From positions 1,647 through 65,646 of the forward strand of contig JAZUPD010000087.1 in assembly GCA_045604985.1 (NCBI GenBank): a stretch of DNA of 64,000 nucleotides, read 5' to 3'. Made by a program: the position numbers and the translations under genes. The DNA comes from Eubacteriales bacterium. GTDB taxonomy: Bacteria; Bacillota; Clostridia; Oscillospirales; CAG-272. Below the pieces are notes generated by a model. The model was not told where the DNA came from. It did no database searches and saw only the letters and a list, made by a program, of their open reading frames with translations. Positions 37,609 to 46,170 of the stretch are shown piece by piece (position 1 is the stretch's first letter; every line of letters starts with the position of its first letter).

Positions 37609-38511
37609 TTATTTTTCTCCAATAAATCGTATTTCACATTCGATATCTATGCCGTGCTTTTCTCTTATAACCCCTTTGATATGCTCAATGAGTGATAGTA
37701 CGTCAGAAGCGGTTGCGCCGCTGCGGTTTATAATAAAGCCTGCGTGCTTTTCAGACACCTGTGCTCCACCGATCGTAAATCCTTTTAGTCCACATTCGTC
37801 AATAAGCTGTGCTGTAAAAAAGCCCGGATATCTCTTAAAGGTGCTTCCCGCACTTGGAAATTCAAGGGGTTGCTTTTCTGCTCTCTTTTTAAGAAGACAG
37901 TCACATTCCGCCTTTATTTCATCGGCATTTCCGTATTTTAAGGCAAAGTTTGCAGAAAGTATTATTCTCTCGGGATTCTCCATATATGATGAATGTCTGT
38001 ACGAAAAATCATGCCCTGATGCAGAAAGCTCAAATATTTCGCCCTTTTCGGTATCAAAATATCTTGATGAAGTGAGAATGTGGGCAATCTCTCCGTCGTA
38101 AGCACCTGCGTTCATAAAGATTCCTCCGCCCACAGTACCGGGGATTCCGCACATAAATCGCATTCCGTCAAGGGACGCCTTCTGCGCTCTGGCTGAAACG
38201 ACAGGAAGCATTGCACCACTGCCTACGGTCATTTTTTCGCCCTTTATATCTATTTTTTTCAGACCTTGAGTAGTTATAACAACTCCTCTGAAGCCCTTAT
38301 CAGAAAAAAGTATATTACTGCCACAGCCGATAATACAATAGGGTATTCCCCTCTCTTTCAAGGCAAGTATAAGCTCTATAAAGCTCTCTTCATCATTCGG
38401 TCTTGCAAAATAGTCAGCAATACCGCCGATCTTAAAAGTGCTATGGGAGGAAAGCAACTCATCCTTTTGCCATTCAGTGGGAGAAAGTATACTTTTTAAA
38501 ATATCGGTCAT
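37609..38511 (-). CDS. murB: UDP-N-acetylenolpyruvoylglucosamine reductase
   Basis: FKIGGIADYF, GCGSNILFSD, PSAGSTFK and GGAQVSEKHAGFIIN motifs. Confidence 0.9.
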   Translation of the reverse strand: MTDILKSILSPTEWQKDELLSSHSTFKIGGIADYFARPNDEESFIELILALKERGIPYCIIGCGSNILFSDKGFRGVVITTQGLKKIDIKGEKMTVGSGAMLPVVSARAQKASLDGMRFMCGIPGTVGGGIFMNAGAYDGEIAHILTSSRYFDTEKGEIFELSASGHDFSYRHSSYMENPERIILSANFALKYGNADEIKAECDCLLKKRAEKQPLEFPSAGSTFKRYPGFFTAQLIDECGLKGFTIGGAQVSEKHAGFIINRSGATASDVLSLIEHIKGVIREKHGIDIECEIRFIGEK

Positions 38512-38523
38512 AGTATAAAAACC

Positions 38524-39213
38524 TCAATCAAAAATTATATTTTCAAGCTCCAAAAGGCTTGAAATTACATATTTTATCTTCGAGCCCTCGGGAAGCTTCT
38601 TTTCACTTTCCGAAAAATAACAGCAGTCGATCCCCGCACCGATACCGCCTTTCATATCCGAGGTCATTGAATCACCAACGACGAGCGTCCTTCTAACATC
38701 ATAATCGGGTATTCTATCGGCAACATATTCAAAGAAATGAATGCTTGGCTTTTCATAGCCCACCTCTTCGGAAATGAACAATTCAAGGAAGTATTTTCCG
38801 ATGATGGATTTGTCAAATCGGTTACGCTGAACATAGCCGATACCGTTTGTTATTATATAAATACGGCATTTCCCCGAAATTTTTTCGAGTATCTCCTGTA
38901 CACCGTCGACGAGGAAACGCTGTTCAGAGAGAAAATCGGTATAGTCAAGGGAAAGCTTGCTATAATCGCAGTCAAATCCCTTCAGCGAGCAAAAGATCTC
39001 AAATCTCTTTATCCTGAGCGTATCCTTATCTATCTCGCCTCGCTCAAGAGCTTTCCAGAGCGAATCATTGATAGCGCTATATTCCTTTATATCACTTTCC
39101 GTAAGCTCGATTCCGTGCTTTCTGCAGGCAAGGATAAGTGCCTCCCGCTCTCCTCTTAAAAAATCAAAAAGAGTTCCGTCCGCATCAAAAAGTATAGTAT
39201 CGTATCTCTGCAT
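38524..39213 (-). CDS. HAD-IA hydrolase (YjjG-like nucleotidase family)
   Basis: ILFDADGTLFDF (DxDxT) and VGDSMTSDMKGG motifs. Confidence 0.7.
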   Translation of the reverse strand: MQRYDTILFDADGTLFDFLRGEREALILACRKHGIELTESDIKEYSAINDSLWKALERGEIDKDTLRIKRFEIFCSLKGFDCDYSKLSLDYTDFLSEQRFLVDGVQEILEKISGKCRIYIITNGIGYVQRNRFDKSIIGKYFLELFISEEVGYEKPSIHFFEYVADRIPDYDVRRTLVVGDSMTSDMKGGIGAGIDCCYFSESEKKLPEGSKIKYVISSLLELENIIFD

Positions 39214-39291
39214 ATATCCACCTCAAATACCGCTTTTTATATATTATACCACCGCTTGCACGGAAGTTCAAGTAAAATTTTTGAATAACCC

Positions 39292-39319
39292 TTGTAAATT
39301 ATAAAAAATATGGTATAAT
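39292..39319 (+). promoter_or_regulatory. sigmaA-type promoter
   Basis: TTGTAA (39292-39297), 16 nt, TGgTATAAT (39314-39319). Confidence 0.5.
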
Positions 39320-39363
39320 ATAATATATATTACGATGGAAAGATATGCCATAAGGAGATAGAG

Positions 39364-40518
39364 ATGCAAAAAAAGAAGCTAAGGATCGGTATGCTGGGAT
39401 TCGGTTCAATGGGCAAGGTACACACCTATGCTCTTAAAAATCTTCCCTTTTTCTATCACTCCCTCCCCTTTGAAGCAGAGCTTTGCGGTGTTTGCACAAA
39501 AACGCCCGAAAAGGCGGAATATGCAAGGGACACCTTCGGCTATAAATTTGCCACAACAAACGAGGAAGACCTTATCAACTGCGACGATATTGACATAATA
39601 GATGTTTCAACTCCCAATATATATCATTTTGAAACTCTCATGAAGGCAATCGAGGCAGGCAAGCATATCTATTGCGAAAAGCCTCTTTGTATTTCCCTTG
39701 ACGAAGCAATAAAGATAGAAAAAGCCGCAAAAGAAAAGGGTACTCACTTCGGAATGGTATTCAATAACCGCTTTATCCCGGCCATTATGCGTGCAAAGCA
39801 GCTCATTGATCAGAACAGGATCGGCAGAATACTTTCATTTTCTGCAGCATATTACCACAGCAGCGCAACAGACATAAATAAGAATGCGGGCTGGAAGCAG
39901 AATAAGGATATCTGTGGCGGCGGGGTTCTTTTTGATCTCGGCTCACATATTATTGATCTTGTTCATTATCTCTGCGGAGATTTTTGCAGCGTTTCCGCCA
40001 AAAGCCAGATAGCATATCCTTTAAGAATGGGAATGGACGGAAAAGAATGGCAGACAAACGCCGACGAAGCATTTTATATGCTTTGTGAACTTTCCTCGGG
40101 CGGTATTGGTACTATAACCGCAAGCAAGGTGCACACGGGCGCAAATGACGATGTCGTTCTAGAAATATACGGGGAAAAGGGTTCTCTCAAATATTCGCTT
40201 ATGGAATGTGAATGGCTTCACTTTTATGATAACGAAGCAAAGTCCTCCCCATTCGGAGGTGAAAAGGGTTATACCAAGATAGAATGTGTTGGCAGATACA
40301 ATGCCCCAGGCGGAATTTTCCCGTCTCCTAAGGCTCCCGTGGGATGGCTGATGGGACACGTTACAAATTATATGGAATTTCTCGCCTCTGTGTGCGATGG
40401 CAAACAGCCCTGCCCGTCTCTTTCCGACGGTGTTTATGTCCAGAGAGTTATGGAAGCGGGATACAGATCAGATGCTTTACGCCGTTGGATAAGAGTAAGC
40501 GACCTTTCGGAGATATGA
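39364..40518 (+). CDS. Gfo/Idh/MocA-family oxidoreductase
   Basis: LRIGMLGFGSMGKVH Rossmann N-terminus and the EKP motif (HIYCEKPL). Confidence 0.8.
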   Translation: MQKKKLRIGMLGFGSMGKVHTYALKNLPFFYHSLPFEAELCGVCTKTPEKAEYARDTFGYKFATTNEEDLINCDDIDIIDVSTPNIYHFETLMKAIEAGKHIYCEKPLCISLDEAIKIEKAAKEKGTHFGMVFNNRFIPAIMRAKQLIDQNRIGRILSFSAAYYHSSATDINKNAGWKQNKDICGGGVLFDLGSHIIDLVHYLCGDFCSVSAKSQIAYPLRMGMDGKEWQTNADEAFYMLCELSSGGIGTITASKVHTGANDDVVLEIYGEKGSLKYSLMECEWLHFYDNEAKSSPFGGEKGYTKIECVGRYNAPGGIFPSPKAPVGWLMGHVTNYMEFLASVCDGKQPCPSLSDGVYVQRVMEAGYRSDALRRWIRVSDLSEI

Positions 40519-40519
40519 T

Positions 40520-41122
40520 ATGAAAATAATAGGACTTACGGGACAAAGCGGTGCAGGAAAAGGCACTGTTGCCTCTATTCTTGAAAAACACGGAATCCCG
40601 CATATCGACTGCGATGCCGTCTACCATTTGATGCTCACCGAGGACGGAGAATGTACAAATGCCCTTACAAAACACTTCGGTGAAAAAATTCTTTCTAAGG
40701 ACGGCACTGTTGACAGAAAAAAACTTGCAGATGCGGTATTTCATGGAGAGGGGCATGAAAAAAAACTTGCTCAGCTTAATAAAATAACTCATTCCCTCGT
40801 GCTAAAAAAATGCAGAGATATGCTTCAAGAATATAAAAATCAAGGAAAACTCGCTGTGGCGGTCGATGCCCCTGCCCTTTTTGAGAGCGGATTTGACCGA
40901 GAATGCGACATTATCCTTTCCGTCACCGCACCTCTCGAAATTCGTCTTGAAAGAATAATGAAGCGAGACGGGATAAGCCGCCAAAAGGTACTTGAACGCT
41001 TTTCTGCACAAAAAAGTGAGGCTTTTTTCATAGAAAACTCTGATTATGTGATTAAAAACGCATCAGAAAAAAAAGAGCTTGAAAAATCCATCCAAAAATT
41101 TATCGGGGAGAAATTAAGTTGA
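40520..41122 (+). CDS. coaE: dephospho-CoA kinase
   Basis: MKIIGLTGQSGAGKGTVA P-loop, 200 aa. Confidence 0.9.
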   Translation: MKIIGLTGQSGAGKGTVASILEKHGIPHIDCDAVYHLMLTEDGECTNALTKHFGEKILSKDGTVDRKKLADAVFHGEGHEKKLAQLNKITHSLVLKKCRDMLQEYKNQGKLAVAVDAPALFESGFDRECDIILSVTAPLEIRLERIMKRDGISRQKVLERFSAQKSEAFFIENSDYVIKNASEKKELEKSIQKFIGEKLS

Positions 41123-41688
41123 AAAACGCACTTACAAGAAGCATTGCGATAATCGTGATACTCGTCATTTCCATCGGCGCAGGCTTTATTATAGACGGTA
41201 TCTGCGACAGCATCGACAGAAAAACTCATCCTCTGGAATATACCGAATATGTTGAAAAATATTCCGCAGCATATTCCGTGCCAAAGGAAATAATATATGC
41301 CACCATCAAGACGGAAAGTGGTTTCAAATCAAATGCTGTGTCAAGTGCGGGTGCTGTTGGACTGATGCAAATGATGCCGGACACATTTCTCTGGCTATGC
41401 GAGAAAAACGGCGAGGAGCTTGATGCCGGAATGCTTTATGATCCCGAAACCAACATCAGATACGGCACATATTATCTTTCATATCTCTATTCACAATTCG
41501 GTCTCTGGGAAACCGTTTATGCCGCATACAACTGCGGTCCCGGACGAGTTAAAGAATGGCAGGAAAACGAAAAATACGCCGATGAAAACGGGATACTTAT
41601 AAGTATTCCCATAAGGGAAACAGCAAATTATGTAAAAAAGATGACAGATGCGGTGGAAACATACAAAAAATTATATTTTAGGAGATAA
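41119..41688 (+). CDS. lytic transglycosylase (SLT domain), membrane anchored
   Basis: ATIKTESGFKSNAVSSAGAVGLMQMMPDTF (catalytic E-S motif) and AYNCGPGRV. TTG start 8 nt after GGGGAG. Confidence 0.8.
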   Translation: MKNALTRSIAIIVILVISIGAGFIIDGICDSIDRKTHPLEYTEYVEKYSAAYSVPKEIIYATIKTESGFKSNAVSSAGAVGLMQMMPDTFLWLCEKNGEELDAGMLYDPETNIRYGTYYLSYLYSQFGLWETVYAAYNCGPGRVKEWQENEKYADENGILISIPIRETANYVKKMTDAVETYKKLYFRR

Positions 41689-41692
41689 AACG

Positions 41693-43084
41693 ATGAAAGC
41701 AGCAAAGGAACTCAAAAACGAACTCTTTTATGTAAAGAAAAACATCTATCAGCTCACAGACGAAGCAAATGTTAAGGCGGCATTCGACTATGCAGTTGGC
41801 TACAAGAACTATCTTGACAATGCAAAAACAGAGCGTGAGTCGGTAATAAAGGCAGTTGATCTTGCAGAAGCAGCGGGATTTAAGCCCTATACCCTCGGTC
41901 AGGCACTGAAGGCAGGCGACAAGCTCTATTATAACAACCGCGGTAAGAGCCTCTTCGTTTTCACAATAGGCTCAGAAAATATCGAGAACGGTATCCGTAT
42001 TTCCGCAGCTCACGTTGATTCCCCCCGTCTGGATTTTAAGCCTTGCCCCGTTTATGAGGACTGCGGAATGGCATTCTTTAAGACCCATTACTATGGCGGA
42101 ATCAAGAAATATCAGTGGGTTGCTATCCCTCTTGCAATTCACGGCGTTGTTACCCTTAAGGACGGAACGAACGTTGAAATAAACATAGGTGAGGACGAGA
42201 ACGATCCAGTTTTCTACATCAACGATATCCTTCCCCATCTCGGTCAGAATCAGGCAAAGAAAACTTTGGGCGAAGCAATAGAGGGCGAACAGCTCAATCT
42301 TCTTGCGGCAACAAGCCCCTATAACGGAGAAGACGAGGGCGAGCAGGTCAAGCTCAATGTTCTTGCACTTCTTAATGAAAAATACGGCATAACAGAGGCT
42401 GATTTTCTCTCTGCAGAGCTTAGCGCAGTCCCCGCAGACAAGGCAAGAGATATCGGTCTTGACAGAGCCGCTATCGGCTCATACGGTCACGATGACAGAG
42501 TTTGCGCTTATCCCGCACTCACCTCCGTTATCGACAATGCAGACAGTACTCATACTCTTATGTGCGTGCTTGCAGACAAGGAAGAGATCGGCAGCGAGGG
42601 CGCAAGCGGAATGCAGTGCTGCATCTTCTCCGATCTTATTGATGAAATTTCAAAGGCTCTCGGTGCTGACAGTGCAGTTGTAAGAGCAAATTCCAAGTGC
42701 CTTTCGGCAGACGTTTCTGCAGCTTACGATCCCAATTTCAAGGACGCATTTGAAAAGAGAAACACACCCGAGCTTTCCTGCGGTGTAGTCCTTATCAAAT
42801 ACACAGGCTCCAGAGGTAAGGGCGGCACAAACGATGCAAGCGCAGAATATATCGGCTGGCTTCGCTCTGTAATGGAGAAGGCCAACGTCATCTGGCAGAC
42901 GGGCGAGTTTGGCAGAATCGACCTTGGCGGTGGCGGAACAGTTGCAAAATTCATTGCTAATCTCAATATCGACACAGTTGACCTTGGCGTTCCTGTGATC
43001 TCCATGCACGCGCCTTATGAGCTTATTTCAAAAGTTGACCTCTATGAGACATACAAGGCATTCTCTGCCTTCTGCAAATACTGA
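41693..43084 (+). CDS. M18-family aminopeptidase
   Basis: AAHVDSPRLDFKP, DKEEIGSEGASG and SMHAPYE motifs. Start at ATG 41693 after AGGAGA. Confidence 0.8.
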   Translation: MKAAKELKNELFYVKKNIYQLTDEANVKAAFDYAVGYKNYLDNAKTERESVIKAVDLAEAAGFKPYTLGQALKAGDKLYYNNRGKSLFVFTIGSENIENGIRISAAHVDSPRLDFKPCPVYEDCGMAFFKTHYYGGIKKYQWVAIPLAIHGVVTLKDGTNVEINIGEDENDPVFYINDILPHLGQNQAKKTLGEAIEGEQLNLLAATSPYNGEDEGEQVKLNVLALLNEKYGITEADFLSAELSAVPADKARDIGLDRAAIGSYGHDDRVCAYPALTSVIDNADSTHTLMCVLADKEEIGSEGASGMQCCIFSDLIDEISKALGADSAVVRANSKCLSADVSAAYDPNFKDAFEKRNTPELSCGVVLIKYTGSRGKGGTNDASAEYIGWLRSVMEKANVIWQTGEFGRIDLGGGGTVAKFIANLNIDTVDLGVPVISMHAPYELISKVDLYETYKAFSAFCKY

Positions 43085-44151
43085 TGCTCCTTAAACTACG
43101 AGAAACAGAGCAAAAATTCATCGGTATCGAGGACAGCCTTGGTGATCCAAACATTATGAGCGATCCTCAAAGATACGCTTCGCTCATGAAGGAATATAAA
43201 TCGCTCACTCCCCTAATCGAAAAATACAGAGAATACAAATCATGCTCTGAAAATATTTCCGGCATTGAAGAAATGCTCGCAGGAGGGCTTGATGTCGAAA
43301 TGCGTGAGCTTTGCGAGACAGAGCTGAAGGACGAAAAAGCGAGAATCGAAAAGCTTGCCGAGGAATTAAAAATACTACTTCTTCCAAAAGACCCCAATAA
43401 CGATAAAAACGTTATAGTTGAGATAAGAGCTTGCACCGGCGGTGATGAGGCAGCACTTTTTGCCGCCGACCTTTACCGTATGTACGGTATGTATGCAGAT
43501 AAAAACGGAATAAAGATCTCCCCCATTTCATCAAATCCCACAGAGATAGGGGGTTATCGAGAGATAAGCTTTATGATGGAGGGAGAGGGCGTTTATGCCA
43601 AGATGAAGTTTGAGAGCGGTGTTCACAGAGTGCAAAGAGTTCCCGATACTGAAACTCAAGGACGCATACACACCTCAACCGTTTCTGTTGCGGTGCTTCC
43701 CGAGGCGGAAGAGGTAGAAATCGAGATAAAACCATCCGAGTTGAAGTTTGAGACCTGCAAATCCAGTGGTGCGGGCGGTCAGCATATTAACAAAACCGAA
43801 TCCGCAGTCCGCATAACACATCTTCCCACCGGAATCATCGTGGAATGTCAGGATGAGCGAAGCCAGTTCAAAAACCGAGACAAGGCAATGAAAATGCTCC
43901 GTGCAAAGCTCTTTGATATAAAGCAAAGAGAGCAAACGGATAAAATAGCATCCGAGAGACGTGAGCAGGTTGGAACGGGCGACAGAAGCGAAAAGATACG
44001 CACCTATAATTTCCCCCAGAGCCGCGTTACCGACCACAGAATAAAGGTTACAACTCACGCGCTTGAAAACTTTCTTAACGGTGATATCGGAGAAATAATT
44101 GATGCACTGCGTGCGGCAGATGCGGCAGAGCGTCTTAAAAAAAACAGATAA
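43084..44151 (+). CDS. prfA: peptide chain release factor 1
   Basis: GGQHINKTESAVRITH (GGQ), RVQRVPDTETQGRIHTS (P-x-T tripeptide region). The ATG overlaps the preceding stop (TGATG). Confidence 0.95.
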   Translation: MLLKLRETEQKFIGIEDSLGDPNIMSDPQRYASLMKEYKSLTPLIEKYREYKSCSENISGIEEMLAGGLDVEMRELCETELKDEKARIEKLAEELKILLLPKDPNNDKNVIVEIRACTGGDEAALFAADLYRMYGMYADKNGIKISPISSNPTEIGGYREISFMMEGEGVYAKMKFESGVHRVQRVPDTETQGRIHTSTVSVAVLPEAEEVEIEIKPSELKFETCKSSGAGGQHINKTESAVRITHLPTGIIVECQDERSQFKNRDKAMKMLRAKLFDIKQREQTDKIASERREQVGTGDRSEKIRTYNFPQSRVTDHRIKVTTHALENFLNGDIGEIIDALRAADAAERLKKNR

Positions 44152-44164
44152 AAAGAGATAGAAA

Positions 44165-45070
44165 ATAAAACTAGCAGCACCGACCTGTCATTTCAAAACA
44201 GTAAAAACACAAAAAGAAAAGATAAAGCATCTTTATGATGCGGGATTTCGTAATATTGACCTTACGGTCTACAGCATAAATACCGTTGAGGATATAATTT
44301 CCGATAATTGGCAGGAATTTGTCTATGACCTTGGTGACTACGCCGCATCGCTTGATGTGAAATTCGTTCAATCTCACACCTCAGACATAGGACTTCTCAC
44401 AAGAACCTATGGCTATGAAAAAGCCGTTGAGATAACAAAGAGAACCATTGATATATGCGGTATGCTGAACATACCAAATACCGTTGTTCATTCTATTGTT
44501 GGCGATGACAAAGAGGATTTTTACGCCAAAAACATTCCTTTTTATAGGTCACTTTATCCCACAATGGAAAAAAACAATGTTGAAGTGTTGGTGGAAAGCA
44601 ACGCAAGATCCAATATTGGCGATAAATATTTCGTCATATCGGGTGCTGATATTATTGAGCTTATCGAAGCACTTGATCATCCTCTCATCCACGCCTGCTG
44701 GGATACGGGACACGCAAATATCCAAGGAAATCAGTATGAGCATATCATAACACTCGGAAAGCATCTCCACGCAATACATTTAAATGACAACCGTGGTCAT
44801 GTTGACGAGCATATGATCCCTTATCTTGGCACATTCAACCTTGATGAGATCATCAATGCCCTTATTGATATTGATTTTAAAGGATATTTCACCTTTGAAG
44901 CAGATAATTCCGTGATGCGGGGAGACGCTATATGGCCTCATGAAAAGGTCATTTCCGAAAGAGACACGCGCCTCAAGGAAGCTCCGATGTTTATGAGAGA
45001 CGAGCTTGAAAAGCTGCTTTATAAAATCGGCAAATACGCCCTTGAAGCATACGGAATCTTTGAAGAATAA
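44165..45070 (+). CDS. xylose-isomerase-like TIM-barrel (sugar phosphate isomerase/epimerase) protein with no canonical start codon
   Basis: The ORF track starts at GTG 44357. The frame is open from 44162, however, and reads K-I-K-L-A-A-P-T-C-H-F...KHLYDAGFRNIDL..., which looks like the genuine N-terminus of this fold. There is no ATG, GTG or TTG in these 65 codons. ATA at 44165 is where a start is expected. Confidence 0.55.
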   Translation: MKLAAPTCHFKTVKTQKEKIKHLYDAGFRNIDLTVYSINTVEDIISDNWQEFVYDLGDYAASLDVKFVQSHTSDIGLLTRTYGYEKAVEITKRTIDICGMLNIPNTVVHSIVGDDKEDFYAKNIPFYRSLYPTMEKNNVEVLVESNARSNIGDKYFVISGADIIELIEALDHPLIHACWDTGHANIQGNQYEHIITLGKHLHAIHLNDNRGHVDEHMIPYLGTFNLDEIINALIDIDFKGYFTFEADNSVMRGDAIWPHEKVISERDTRLKEAPMFMRDELEKLLYKIGKYALEAYGIFEE

Positions 45071-45094
45071 TTTTTTTGAAAGGAAGTCATTTCT

Positions 45095-46141
45095 TTGACT
45101 ACTGAGCTGATAAAAATAACCGACCCTTATGAGAAAAGCGCAAAAGATGCTCTCGGAAGGGCGGCAGAAATACTGCGTGGCGGCGGACTTGTGGTTATGC
45201 CCACAGAAACGGTCTATGGACTTGGCGGAAATGGTCTTGACGCAAAGGCCGCCGAGAAGATCTATGCGGCAAAAGGCAGACCTGCGGATAATCCTCTTAT
45301 TTTGCATATCGAAAAGCCCGAGGATGCGGGAAAATACTGCCAAACGTCACCACTCTATTTTGAACTTGCAAAAGCCTTTATGCCCGGTCCCCTTACCGTG
45401 ATAATGCCCAAAAATGACATCGTCCCCTTTGCCGTGACCGCTGGACTTCCAACCGTTGCCGTGCGTTGCCCCGAGCATAAGATAGCAAATGCGCTGATAC
45501 GAGAAGCTGGCATACCGATAGCCGCACCCTCGGCAAATATTTCGGGAAAACCTTCTCCCACGAACGCAAAATATGTTGTTGAGGACTTGGACGGCAGAGT
45601 TGATATGATAATTGACGGAGGCGAATGTGAGATAGGGCTTGAATCCACCATCGTTATGATAAATGATGATTCTCTCACACTTCTCCGCCCGGGAGCAATT
45701 ACATATGATGCTCTTTCACTGGTCTGCGAAAAAGTTACCATCGACGATAAAGTACTCACTATGCTGAAGGAAAACGAAAAGCCCCTTTCTCCCGGCATGA
45801 AATATAAGCACTATGCACCAAACACGCCCTTTATTTTGCTTGACGGAAACTATGCGGCGCAAACGAAATTTCTCATAAATGAAATAAAAGCAAAAAGATG
45901 TGTCGTTCTCTGCTATGACGAAGAAAAGGACACATTAAATGATAAAAACGCTTCCCTTATTCCAATCGGAATGAGAGAAGATCTTGCTTCTCACGCTCGA
46001 AAGCTCTTCACTGCTCTTCGGGATGCGGACAAGCTTGGCTGTGATGTGATATATGCCCATCTGCCCCCAAAAACAGGACTTGGGCTTGCGCTCTATAACA
46101 GAATGATAAGAGCCGCTGCACACACGATTTTAAAGGTTTAA
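45095..46141 (+). CDS. tsaC: L-threonylcarbamoyladenylate synthase (Sua5/YwlC type)
   Basis: VVMPTETVYGLGGN, AAKGRPADNPLILH and SANISGKPSPT, plus a C-terminal Sua5 domain. 348 aa, TTG start. Confidence 0.85.
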   Translation: MTTELIKITDPYEKSAKDALGRAAEILRGGGLVVMPTETVYGLGGNGLDAKAAEKIYAAKGRPADNPLILHIEKPEDAGKYCQTSPLYFELAKAFMPGPLTVIMPKNDIVPFAVTAGLPTVAVRCPEHKIANALIREAGIPIAAPSANISGKPSPTNAKYVVEDLDGRVDMIIDGGECEIGLESTIVMINDDSLTLLRPGAITYDALSLVCEKVTIDDKVLTMLKENEKPLSPGMKYKHYAPNTPFILLDGNYAAQTKFLINEIKAKRCVVLCYDEEKDTLNDKNASLIPIGMREDLASHARKLFTALRDADKLGCDVIYAHLPPKTGLGLALYNRMIRAAAHTILKV

Positions 46142-46148
46142 GAAAGGT

Positions 46149-46170
46149 ATGGCAAAGAAATGGCAAAGAA
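46149..46170 (+). repeat. perfect 11-bp tandem duplication ATGGCAAAGAA x2 spanning the start codon
   Basis: Read directly: 46149-46159 is identical to 46160-46170. Confidence 0.9.

Noticed and set aside
44171-44377. 68-aa minus-strand ORF
   Set aside because: It lies antisense to what reads as the true N-terminal coding region of the TIM-barrel gene. It has no RBS.
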